From NCBI RefSeq assembly GCF_025685625.1, contig NZ_JAGSYI010000001.1, positions 2,211,147 to 2,275,146 of the forward strand: DNA of 64,000 nucleotides, read 5' to 3'. The notes beneath the pieces were generated by a model. That model worked only from the letters and a program-made list of their open reading frames with translations, made no database searches and was not told the origin of the DNA. Source of the DNA: Acidicapsa acidisoli (lineage in GTDB: Bacteria > Acidobacteriota > Terriglobia > Terriglobales > Acidobacteriaceae). The position numbers and the translations under genes are program-made. Positions within the stretch are counted from its first letter, which is position 1, and each line of letters opens with the position of its first letter. Below, piece after piece: positions 46,122 through 55,105 of the stretch.

Positions 46122-47180
46122 ATGGTCCAATCGAACAGCGGCATCGGCAATGTTACGCCGAATACGGGGCTTGTCGAAATGGCGATGGGGTATTCCCGCA
46201 GCCGGATGCTTTGCGCGGCTGCACGTCTCGGCGTTGCCGATGCGCTTGGAGATGAGGTGCGCAGCGTTGGTTTTCTGGCCGAAAAGTGCCAGGCAGACGC
46301 AACTGCGCTGTACCGGCTGCTTCGCGCTCTCGCCAGCATCGGCGTTACGAAAGAGACGACGCCGGAACACTTTCGGTTGACTTCGTTTGGCATGCCACTG
46401 CGGAGGGATGTGCCTCAGTCTGTCTGGGCAGCCGTCGTCTTTTGGTCGGATCTGCTTGCCGATAGCTGGTCTCTGCTTACCGACTGTGTTCGAACCGGCA
46501 AGCCGGCCGCTCAGGTCCGCGATCCCAACATACCTTCCCGGTGGTCGCAGGATCCCGAAGCCAGTTCCATCTTTCGCGCGGTTATGGGTACGGCTCCGGC
46601 GGAAGATTATGCGCCTATCGCGGAGGCGTGGGATTTTTCCCGCGCGAGTGTGGTTGCCGATCTTGGCGGGGGTGGCGGGTCGCTCATTCTTGCTGTGCTT
46701 GGACTTAATCCGCATTTGCGGGGCATGCTTGTCGATCTTGAAGATAGCGTGGACGCGGCGAGACCTCGTTTCGCGCAGGAAGATACCGCCTCGCGGTGCG
46801 AACTGATTGCCGCGGATCTGACGCAATCGGTTCCGGCGGGCGCCGATGTGTACATGATCAAGCACGTACTGCACGGGCGTCAGGACGAGGTTGCTATTAC
46901 GATTCTCAAGAACTGCCGCGCGGTCATTCCTGAGAACGGCAGTTTGCTGATTGTGGAATTCATCCTGCCTCCGCTTGTCTCACATGCAGATCCGCAGTTG
47001 GAAGGTCTCCTGATGAGCGATCTCAATATGCTTGCTGTTACCGGCGGCAGAGAGCGCAGTGAGCGCGAATGGAAAGCGATTCTTGAGGCCGCGGGCTTCC
47101 TCCTGATCGGGGTATATCCGGTTGGAAGCGACGCTCTGATGGTCCGGAATGTCGGGATAGTCGAAGCGAAACCGGCTTAG
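46122..47180 (+). CDS. class I SAM-dependent O-methyltransferase (dimerisation-domain OMT family)
   Basis: SAM motif VVADLGGGGGS, acidic loop VDLEDSV and CELIAADL. N-terminal OMT dimerisation domain. An in-frame ATG at 46095 is also possible. Confidence 0.8.
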   Translation: MVQSNSGIGNVTPNTGLVEMAMGYSRSRMLCAAARLGVADALGDEVRSVGFLAEKCQADATALYRLLRALASIGVTKETTPEHFRLTSFGMPLRRDVPQSVWAAVVFWSDLLADSWSLLTDCVRTGKPAAQVRDPNIPSRWSQDPEASSIFRAVMGTAPAEDYAPIAEAWDFSRASVVADLGGGGGSLILAVLGLNPHLRGMLVDLEDSVDAARPRFAQEDTASRCELIAADLTQSVPAGADVYMIKHVLHGRQDEVAITILKNCRAVIPENGSLLIVEFILPPLVSHADPQLEGLLMSDLNMLAVTGGRERSEREWKAILEAAGFLLIGVYPVGSDALMVRNVGIVEAKPA

Positions 47181-47231
47181 GAAACATGGTACATTCTGGC
47201 GTGACTTAGTTGTTCGATAAGAGGCTGCTGG

Positions 47232-47885
47232 ATGCGTCGTGTCTTGCTGGTTTTGGAATTGCTGATTGTGTTTATTGGGCTGCCGCTTGGTTACCGATTT
47301 TCACCGGTGCGGATTCCTGCTTTGCCTGTGCTGTGGCTGGTGGCGGGATATGCGCTGTGGCAACTGATGCGGGACAGGAGCTTTGATCGGCGGCAGCTTT
47401 GGAATACTGCGCCTCTGGCGGGGCATCTGGGTGCGATTCTCCTGATTTTTGCGGTGGTTGCGCTTGGGTTGTGGGTCGGCACGCATTGGATGGCTCCGCA
47501 ACTGGAGTGGGGCTTTGTGCGGCAGCATCCGCGGCTCTGGGCGGCGGTGATGGTGTTGTATCCGGTGCTTTCGGTGTATCCGCAGGGGATTTTGTACCGG
47601 GCCTTTTTTCTGCATCGATATGCGGGGCTGTTTTCCGATACGGCTGTGGGCAGGTGGGTGCTGATCGTGGCCAGCGCCGCGGCCTTTGGCTTTCTGCACA
47701 TTATCTTTCGCAATTCACTGGCGGTTGGGCTTACGTTCTGCGGGGGAGTTTTGTTTGCGTGGCGTTATGCGGAGACTGGTTCGCTGCTTACTTCCAGCGT
47801 GGAACATGCTTTGTATGGCTGCTGGCTGTTTACGGTTGGGCTGGGTCAGTATTTCTATCACGGGGTCTGGCCGGAGCCTAAGTGA
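47232..47885 (+). CDS. CPBP-family intramembrane glutamic endopeptidase (CAAX protease/Abi-type)
   Basis: 217 aa, polytopic. EExxxR-like and FxxxH motifs (AAFGFLHIIFRN) and conserved His in VEHALYGCW. Confidence 0.75.
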   Translation: MRRVLLVLELLIVFIGLPLGYRFSPVRIPALPVLWLVAGYALWQLMRDRSFDRRQLWNTAPLAGHLGAILLIFAVVALGLWVGTHWMAPQLEWGFVRQHPRLWAAVMVLYPVLSVYPQGILYRAFFLHRYAGLFSDTAVGRWVLIVASAAAFGFLHIIFRNSLAVGLTFCGGVLFAWRYAETGSLLTSSVEHALYGCWLFTVGLGQYFYHGVWPEPK

Positions 47886-49309
47886 CACGGTCGGATGGTG
47901 GTGAGTCCGCCGTTAGATCGATGTATGGAGGCGAAGCTATCTTCGCGTGGAAACCTGAACTAAGTGTGGCTTCAGAAGGGCGCGAAGGCTTATATTTGCC
48001 TGAGAATCGAGACGACAATATGGAAACCACTGTGGAAATGGGTAATTTTCCTCAATCGCAGTCGCTTGCGGGTCCGGGGTACAAGCCGCGATCGATTGCG
48101 GAAACCGGTGTGCGTCAGATAGTGCTCGAAGATCTCGCGTTGAAGACGCTGTATCTGTCCGGCCCGTTTTCGGTGTATGGGCTTTCGGAGCATATTCGAC
48201 TGGGGTTCGAAGTGGCCAACGAGTTGTTTGTCCGGCTACGCGAACAACAGTTGTGCCATGTGACCGGTATGCAGAACAACATCCCGATCCTTGCCATTAC
48301 GACGCAGGGCCGGTCGCGCGCGCTGGAATTGCTCTCTCATAATCATTACGCAGGGCCGGCGCCTGTTTCTCTGGAGAGCTATGTCGAGCAGGTTCGAAAG
48401 CAAAGCGTTCAAGGGTTGACTGCGCGACAAGCGGATGTGGAGCGCGCCTTTGCTCACCTGGTGATTGACGCGAAGACGCTTGGACAGTTGGGTCCGGCGC
48501 TCAACTCCGGTACTTCGATCTTTCTTTATGGCCCTTCGGGGGTTGGGAAGTCTTCGATCGCGGAGACCTTATCGCGGGTGCTCGCAGAGAATGAGGCATG
48601 GATTCCGTACTCGGTGGAGGTTGATGGCCAGATCATTATGGTTTTCGATCCGGTGATTCATCGGCCTATTGGTGAGACTGATCTCCAGAGCCGCGATGAG
48701 AGATGGGTGCGGTGTCACCGCCCGACGGTGCTTGTCGGCGGGGAACTGACGGTCGAGATGCTGGATTTGCAATTCAATCCGGTTACAAAGTTCTATGCTG
48801 CCCCGGCTCAGATGAAAGCCAATAACGGCGTGCTGATCATTGATGATTTTGGCAGGCAGCGGCTGCGCCCGGACGAGTTACTCAATCGGTGGGTTGTTCC
48901 GCTGGATCGCAGGATCGATTTCCTGACGCTGGCAGGCGGCAGGAAGATTGAGATTCCGTTTGACATGCTGGTTGTGTTTGCCACCAATATGAATCCTTCT
49001 GAGCTGGTGGATCCGGCATTCCTGCGGAGGATTCAGACGAAGATCAAAATTGGCGCGGTTACCGAGGGGCAGTTCTGCGAGATATTTCGCCGTGTTGCGA
49101 GCAAGCATGGACTCCAGGCCGATGACGGCGTAGTTAAGGAACTAGTGGCAGTGCTTCGCGGGACGCTGAAGCAGGAGCTGAAGCCGTGTTATCCGCAGGA
49201 TCTTGTGAACCAGGTTTGCTGGGCTGCGCGGTATGAAGACAGGGAGCCACAGTTGGATCGCGAGGCTTTGATGCGGGCGGTCGAGGCTTATTTCCTGAAA
49301 GATTCCTAA
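47882..49309 (+). CDS. AAA+ ATPase of uncertain function (MoxR/AAA_5-like core with N-terminal winged-helix-like region)
   Basis: Walker A LYGPSGVGKSS, Walker B VLIIDDFGRQRL, sensor-1 VVFATNMNPSEL and Arg finger AFLRRIQTKIKIG. The 4-bp start/stop overlap with the CPBP gene suggests co-transcription. Confidence 0.65.
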   Translation: MTRSDGGESAVRSMYGGEAIFAWKPELSVASEGREGLYLPENRDDNMETTVEMGNFPQSQSLAGPGYKPRSIAETGVRQIVLEDLALKTLYLSGPFSVYGLSEHIRLGFEVANELFVRLREQQLCHVTGMQNNIPILAITTQGRSRALELLSHNHYAGPAPVSLESYVEQVRKQSVQGLTARQADVERAFAHLVIDAKTLGQLGPALNSGTSIFLYGPSGVGKSSIAETLSRVLAENEAWIPYSVEVDGQIIMVFDPVIHRPIGETDLQSRDERWVRCHRPTVLVGGELTVEMLDLQFNPVTKFYAAPAQMKANNGVLIIDDFGRQRLRPDELLNRWVVPLDRRIDFLTLAGGRKIEIPFDMLVVFATNMNPSELVDPAFLRRIQTKIKIGAVTEGQFCEIFRRVASKHGLQADDGVVKELVAVLRGTLKQELKPCYPQDLVNQVCWAARYEDREPQLDREALMRAVEAYFLKDS

Positions 49310-49334
49310 GAGCGAGGTATTTGCGCAGGCGTCC

Positions 49335-50117
49335 TCAGTTTGTGGAGGGCGCGGGGCTTTGCTGAGCTTCGGGTTGGCGTGTGTCGACAATCTGGAAGCC
49401 TTCAGGAAGCTCAAAGTACTTTGGATCGGGCTCGGTAACGGCGATGTCGCTCAGGGTGAAGGTTTGGGTGCCGATGCGCGGGTCGCTAAGGATGGACAGC
49501 AGGTTGATGCCGAGCTGCGTGGAGTGCCAGTATTCGCGGACGATTTTCATGGGTTCGTCGTTGCCCATGACGCCGGGGTTCACGGTTGTTGTGTCGCGAG
49601 AGCCCGTAGTCTCGATGCCCTCGATCATGCGGATTCCGAGATCTTCGTGAGTGCGGAAGCCTGCCTTTCCAGGCAGCGGGCCGCTCGTGACTTGAACTTC
49701 CTTTCTAACCAGGCCAGCGTATGCCTGCAACTCGCAATATCCTTTTTGCCTGCCCATGAGAAAGCAGTCATAGCCGGTGTGTTGGTTGGGGTCGTAGATC
49801 TGGAGGAGGTTCATGGCGGATGGGATCTTGCCGTTCTTTGGCACGAGCAGCCAACGCTCCTGATAGATGCGGCCGTCGCGGTCGCGGACAACTTTGCGCT
49901 GGTTGACTATGGTGGAAGATCCTCCGCCGGCCAGCGGCTTTGCCCACTCGGTATGCACCGTGGCGGTGAAGGGCGCGTTATGCAGAGGCGGGATGTAGAT
50001 GCTTTGGAGAACTTCGGAGGAACCGCCGTCGAACGGCGCGGGAGCGGAGGACTCTTGTTGAGCGAAAACGACGGCGGAGACGGCGGTGAGAAGGAGGGCG
50101 ATGTTGAGCTTGCGCAT
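49335..50117 (-). CDS. hypothetical exported protein
   Basis: 260 aa with signal peptide MRKLNIALLLTAVSAVVFAQ. No recognisable family. Confidence 0.5.
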   Translation of the reverse strand: MRKLNIALLLTAVSAVVFAQQESSAPAPFDGGSSEVLQSIYIPPLHNAPFTATVHTEWAKPLAGGGSSTIVNQRKVVRDRDGRIYQERWLLVPKNGKIPSAMNLLQIYDPNQHTGYDCFLMGRQKGYCELQAYAGLVRKEVQVTSGPLPGKAGFRTHEDLGIRMIEGIETTGSRDTTTVNPGVMGNDEPMKIVREYWHSTQLGINLLSILSDPRIGTQTFTLSDIAVTEPDPKYFELPEGFQIVDTRQPEAQQSPAPSTN

Positions 50118-50251
50118 GGAGGACTCCTGCCGGGCACGAGAAGTATGCCATGACTTGGGTCATCCAGCGGAAAAGATGTTGATCTAACTAGGAACGAGCC
50201 AGATCGTTATCCGTCGGGAGTATTAAAGGTCGCAGCTCAAGTCCTTCCGAG

Positions 50252-51826
50252 TTAATCGACTGCGCAGATGAGGCATTTGAGGTATTCGGTTTCGGGGAGA
50301 TTGAGCAGGACGGGATGGTCCTGGGCGGCTCCGCGACGTTCGAGCAAAGTTACGCGGCGATGGGCATCGATGGCTGCGGACGCTACGGCTGACTCGAGGT
50401 CGGTCCAGGTGATGTGGTGGGAGCAGGAGCAGGTGATGAGCAGACCGCCGGGCTTGAGCAGGTGCAGGGCGCGGAGGTTGAGCTCCTTGTAGCCGCGCAG
50501 CGCGCCTTCGACGGCGCGCTTGCTTTTGGCGAAGGCGGGCGGATCGAGGACGATCAGGTCGAAATCCGAGGGCTCTTTGGCTTCAGACCAGCCGCGGAGG
50601 AGTTCGAAGGCGTCGGCTTCGAGCCAGTCTACTTCTGTCTTGAGGTGGGATCGGTTTGCTTCAAGGTTGCGTTCGGCCACTTCGAGCGAGGCGCGGGAGG
50701 CGTCAACGCCGGTGACCTGTTCGCAGACCTGGGCTAGATGGAGGGCGAATCCGCCCTGGTAGGTGCAGATGTCGAGAGCTTTCTTTGTGCCGCGAGCTTT
50801 GGCCCAGGCTGCTGCGGCGGCGTAGTTCTGGCGCTGGTCTAGGAAGGCTCCGGTCTTCTGGCCGCTGTTGACGTCGAAGTGGAAGCTCAGACCATTGAGA
50901 CGGAAAAGCGTGCTGGCGGCGGGCGATTCGGGATTGCTGGCGAAGAGCGGTGTGCTGGCTGGGGCGGACAGGCCTTCCAGTTCGCGGATCCGTGGATCGG
51001 GGCGCTCCCAGATGGTCAGAGTGTCTTTGATCGTGACGAGTTCCTGGCGCAGGGCTTGTACGCAGATCTCGCGGACGTCGGCGCGGTCGAGCCCCTTGGC
51101 GAGTAATTGAACGATCACGATGCCGGCGTATTTGTCGATGATGAGGCCGGGAAGGTTGTCGGCTTCGCTGAAGACGAGACGGCAGGCATCTGTGTCGGCA
51201 TTCAAGAGGGGCAGGCGGCGGGCGATGGCTGCGCGCAGACGGGTTGCCAGAAGACTGAGCCATTTTGCCTGATCGATGGCTTCGCGCGAGACGAGGCGGA
51301 GAGCGATCTGGGAGGCTGGGCTATAGAGCGCTGTGCCGAGGAGCAGTCCACGGTTGTCGGCGACGGGGAGCAGGGCGGGAGCATCTTCGTTGCCTGTGAA
51401 AATCGACTCGATATCGGTGGCGTAGACCCAGAGATGGCCATTACGCAGGCGGTCGGAGGCGCGGCGGGTGATGCGAGCGCCGAACTCCTGAACTGGTGAT
51501 GAGATATTGGCCGGGCGGGGAGTGGGTTTGGCAGGTGTGGGTCGGCCTTGCCGCGCTGCGTCGGCTTCGTTGCGCTGGGATTGCGGCTTTCTAGCCTCGC
51601 TTCGGTTCGGGGTTCGATCCGGTTTGCTCGACGTTTTCCGTATGTCCGGTCGCGTAAAAGGCGAGGTTGGCTTTGTGGCGGTCGGCGCCTTGGTGAGGGG
51701 AGGCGATTGCGGATTGCGCGGTTTGGCCATCCTTTCATTAAAGCAGTTCAAATGAGGCCGATTCCAGTGTTGCAGATCGCGTACAGCGGGGTTTGAGGGT
51801 GGCGAGAATTGACCAATTGGAAACAA
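50252..51826 (-). CDS. rlmI: RlmI-like class I SAM-dependent 23S rRNA (m5C) methyltransferase with a ~110-aa basic Pro/Thr/Lys-rich N-terminal extension
   Basis: RITRRASDRLRNGHLWVY aligns with the RlmI N-terminus (KGREKSLLRRHPWVF). PUA-like region, SAM motif LDICTYQGGFALHLA, LIVLDPPAFAKS and ITCSCSHH. The extension has no alternative start near the PUA domain (VQEF is GTT, not GTG). Confidence 0.8.
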   Translation of the reverse strand: MFPIGQFSPPSNPAVRDLQHWNRPHLNCFNERMAKPRNPQSPPLTKAPTATKPTSPFTRPDIRKTSSKPDRTPNRSEARKPQSQRNEADAARQGRPTPAKPTPRPANISSPVQEFGARITRRASDRLRNGHLWVYATDIESIFTGNEDAPALLPVADNRGLLLGTALYSPASQIALRLVSREAIDQAKWLSLLATRLRAAIARRLPLLNADTDACRLVFSEADNLPGLIIDKYAGIVIVQLLAKGLDRADVREICVQALRQELVTIKDTLTIWERPDPRIRELEGLSAPASTPLFASNPESPAASTLFRLNGLSFHFDVNSGQKTGAFLDQRQNYAAAAAWAKARGTKKALDICTYQGGFALHLAQVCEQVTGVDASRASLEVAERNLEANRSHLKTEVDWLEADAFELLRGWSEAKEPSDFDLIVLDPPAFAKSKRAVEGALRGYKELNLRALHLLKPGGLLITCSCSHHITWTDLESAVASAAIDAHRRVTLLERRGAAQDHPVLLNLPETEYLKCLICAVD

Positions 51827-51888
51827 CGGTTATTGATCTGCTGGGATACTCTTAAAGATTTTGCTGCCGTATCGGCCTATAATGAAGC

Positions 51889-54249
51889 ATGGCGACCCAT
51901 CCGACCACCGCTCCGGCAGCCAGCCCGAAGCCAATTTTTCCCGAACAGGGTTTCGCGCGGCAGGTTCCAGAGATGGGGGAAGCGGTCGCAACTTCCGTTG
52001 CAGCCAATCCGGCAGGCGAAAGCCCCATTGGGAAGCGTTTTGAGCAGCTTCTGACGACGGTTCGCGCCAATCGACCCAATGAAGATCTAGCTCCCATCAA
52101 GAAGGCGTGGGAGTTCTGCGTGCATTATCACGAAGGGCAGCTACGGGCCTCTGGTGAGCCGTATGTTATTCATCCGCTTGAGGTTGCGGAAGTGTTGGCG
52201 GAGATGAAGCTGGATGCCACGGCGATTGCGGCGGGATTGCTGCACGATGCGGTGGAAGATACTCCGGTGACGAGCGAGGAGATTGCAACGGCCTTTGGCG
52301 AGCAGGTAGCGCACATTGTCGAAGGCGTCACAAAGATCGACAAAATTCAGTTTGCGAATCGCGAAGACAGGCAGGCGGAGAACGTCCGCAAGATGCTGCT
52401 GGCGATGGTTTCGGATGTTCGGGTGGTGCTGATCAAGCTGGCTGACCGGCTGCATAATATGCGGACACTTGAGCATCTGAAACCTGAACGGCAGGAGGCG
52501 ATTGCCCGCGAGACGCTGGATATTTACGCGCCGCTGGCGCACCGGCTGGGCATGGGCAAGGTACGCGGCGAGCTGGAGGATCTGGCTTTTCGCTACACCG
52601 ATCCGCTGAGCTACCAGCAGGTGTCGGAGGCGGTCGAGGCGCGGCGCGTCGAGGGTGAGCAGTTCCTGGCCGGGGTTGAGGACGCGATTGTCGAGCAGCT
52701 TCGCGAGAACAACATCCATGCGCGCGTGGAATGGCGCATCAAGCGGCTCTACTCTATCTTCCAAAAGCTGCAGAAGTCGCAGGTATCCGTCGACCAGGTC
52801 TTCGATCTGCTGGCAATTCGCATTATTACGCAGAGCCAGGCGGACTGTTACGGCGTGCTGGGGCTGATTCATTCGTTGTGGCGGCCTGTACCAGGCAGGG
52901 TGAAGGATTTTATCGCCATCCCCCGCGCAAACCTTTACCAGTCGCTGCATACGACGGTGATGGGCGACGGCGGGCATCAGTTTGAGGTGCAGATACGGAC
53001 CGAAGAGATGCATAAGGTTGCGGAAGAGGGCATTGCGGCGCACTGGAAGTACAAGGCCGGCGAATCGGTGATCTCCGCCAAGGACGAGCAGCGGCTGGCT
53101 TGGGTGCGGAGCCTGGTGGACTGGCAGCGGGAGATGACGGACCCGAATGAGTTCCTCTCAAGTTTGAAGATGGATCTCTACCCGGATGAGGTGTACACGT
53201 TTACACCTCGCGGCAAGGTGGTCATCGTTCCCGCGGATGGAACGCCGGTTGATTTCGCGTATACGGTGCATACCGAGGTTGGCCACACCTGCGTCGGGGC
53301 CAAGATCAATGGGCGCATGGTGCCGCTGCGGACCAAGCTTCGGAATGGCGACATTGTCGAGATCGTCACGCAGAACGGGCACACGCCGAGCCGGGACTGG
53401 CTGACTTTTGTCAAGAGCCCCCGGGCGCGGAACAAGATCAAACACTGGCTGAATGAAAACCAGCGGCTACGGGCGATTGAGGTTGGGCGCAAGCTGCTGG
53501 AGCGGGAAGCTCGGAAGTTCAAGATCCCGATGGCTCGCCTGGATGACACGGATATGGCGCGCGTGGCGGGCGAATACGGTGTTGCGACCGCAACGGATCT
53601 GATGGCCACGATTGGCTTTGGGAAGCATTCGGCGCGGCAGGTTCTGAATAAGCTGGCCCCGGGGCTGGTCAGTTCCGCTCCGGGTCAGCCGATTGCCGAT
53701 CCGGATGCGACGGATCAGAAGCCAATCAGCGGCTCGCCGGCGGCAATGTCGGATGCGGTGAAGAAGCTGCATCTGACGGGGTCGGACTCGCTGCAGGTCG
53801 AGGGGCAGAATGATCTGCTTGTGTATCGGGCGCGATGTTGTAACCCGATTCGTGGGGAAGAGATTATTGGTTATGTGACGCGCGGCAAGGGAGTCGCGGT
53901 TCATGCGCGAAGCTGCCCGAATGTGCAGAATCTGCTGTATGAGAGCGATCGTCGCATCGATGTGGAGTGGGCGAAGACCGGGGACGAGATGCCGGGGCGG
54001 GCGCAGCGTTATCCGGTGAAGATTACGATCCATTGCGACAACCGCTCGGGCATGCTGAAGGAGATGACGGCGATCATCTCGAACGACGACACGAATATTC
54101 GTTCGGTGGAGACGCGGGATGGCGAGAACGGCGAGGCGATCGTTGAGTTTGTCGTGGATGCCGAGGATCTGCGGCATCTGAACCGCATGGTGCTGGGCCT
54201 GCGCCGTCTGCCAGGTGTGCGCGAAGTGCAGCGGGCGCAGAAACTCTGA
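51889..54249 (+). CDS. rel: bifunctional (p)ppGpp synthetase/hydrolase Rel/SpoT
   Basis: HD hydrolase HPLEVAEVLAEMKLDATAIAAGLLHDAVEDT, synthetase DLLAIRIIT...YQSLHTTV, TGS and C-terminal ACT domains. 786 aa. Confidence 0.95.
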   Translation: MATHPTTAPAASPKPIFPEQGFARQVPEMGEAVATSVAANPAGESPIGKRFEQLLTTVRANRPNEDLAPIKKAWEFCVHYHEGQLRASGEPYVIHPLEVAEVLAEMKLDATAIAAGLLHDAVEDTPVTSEEIATAFGEQVAHIVEGVTKIDKIQFANREDRQAENVRKMLLAMVSDVRVVLIKLADRLHNMRTLEHLKPERQEAIARETLDIYAPLAHRLGMGKVRGELEDLAFRYTDPLSYQQVSEAVEARRVEGEQFLAGVEDAIVEQLRENNIHARVEWRIKRLYSIFQKLQKSQVSVDQVFDLLAIRIITQSQADCYGVLGLIHSLWRPVPGRVKDFIAIPRANLYQSLHTTVMGDGGHQFEVQIRTEEMHKVAEEGIAAHWKYKAGESVISAKDEQRLAWVRSLVDWQREMTDPNEFLSSLKMDLYPDEVYTFTPRGKVVIVPADGTPVDFAYTVHTEVGHTCVGAKINGRMVPLRTKLRNGDIVEIVTQNGHTPSRDWLTFVKSPRARNKIKHWLNENQRLRAIEVGRKLLEREARKFKIPMARLDDTDMARVAGEYGVATATDLMATIGFGKHSARQVLNKLAPGLVSSAPGQPIADPDATDQKPISGSPAAMSDAVKKLHLTGSDSLQVEGQNDLLVYRARCCNPIRGEEIIGYVTRGKGVAVHARSCPNVQNLLYESDRRIDVEWAKTGDEMPGRAQRYPVKITIHCDNRSGMLKEMTAIISNDDTNIRSVETRDGENGEAIVEFVVDAEDLRHLNRMVLGLRRLPGVREVQRAQKL

Positions 54250-54296
54250 CTGCCACTGTTGCTCACAATCGCCCGCTCTCCTGCTAACCTGAACGG

Positions 54297-54980
54297 GTGT
54301 CTTCGCTTCATTTGAATCTTGCAGACTGGCGGCCCGTGCCGTTGCCGGCTTCGGTTATGCTAACGGGCCGGTGGGTTACGCTGGAGCCGCTTTCGGCCGC
54401 GCGGCACTCTCATGCGATATGGCAGGCAGTGCTTGGACATGAAGAGGTCTGGCGATGGCTTGGCGATGGGCCATACCTGAGCGAAGAGGATCTTGCCGTT
54501 GCTCTGGCGGCCAAGGAGACTGGCGCGGCTGCGCGATTCTTTGCGATCTTGCCTAAGTCGGACCCGACGGCGAAGGGTTATGCGAGCCTGATGCGCATGG
54601 ACCCGGCCAACGGAGTGATTGAGGTGGGGAATGTGATGTTTTCGCCTTGGTTGCAGCGAACACCGGCGGCGACAGAGGCGATGTACCTGATGGCGCGATA
54701 TGTGTTCGACGAACTGGGCTATCGGCGATATGAGTGGAAGTGCAATGCGTTGAATCTGCCTTCGCGGCGGGCTGCGGAGCGGCTTGGATTTACTTTCGAA
54801 GGCATCTTTCGGCAGCATATGGTGGTCAAGGGACAGAATCGGGATACTGCCTGGTACGCAATGCTCGATTCCGAATGGCCGGCGCGCAAGCGGGCATTTG
54901 AGGCGTGGCTGGCGCCGGAAAACTTCGATGCGGAAGAGCGTCAGCGGAAGACGCTTTCGAGTCTTGCCGGTAATTTCTAG
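54297..54980 (+). CDS. GNAT-family N-acetyltransferase (Acetyltransf_3/RimL-like)
   Basis: 227 aa. VEVGNVMFSPWLQRTPAATEAMYLMARYVFDELGYRRYEWKCNALNLPSRRAAERLGFTFEG is a typical GNAT beta4-alpha3 region. Confidence 0.8.
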   Translation: MSSLHLNLADWRPVPLPASVMLTGRWVTLEPLSAARHSHAIWQAVLGHEEVWRWLGDGPYLSEEDLAVALAAKETGAAARFFAILPKSDPTAKGYASLMRMDPANGVIEVGNVMFSPWLQRTPAATEAMYLMARYVFDELGYRRYEWKCNALNLPSRRAAERLGFTFEGIFRQHMVVKGQNRDTAWYAMLDSEWPARKRAFEAWLAPENFDAEERQRKTLSSLAGNF

Positions 54981-55105
54981 AGGGACTGAGTGGACGCTTG
55001 TTGGGTTCGGGAGTGGAGGCACTCGGATGCCCGGATCGAAGTTTCGCTGCGGATGGTGCCGGGCTCGGCTATACAATCGTTTCGAACCAAAACAACAAGG
55101 GAAGA

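Noticed and set aside
51600-51625. tRNA T-arm-like string GGGGTTCGATCCGG
   Set aside because: Lies inside the RlmI-like coding sequence. No acceptor/anticodon arm structure around it. No tRNA genes found in any intergenic region of the window.
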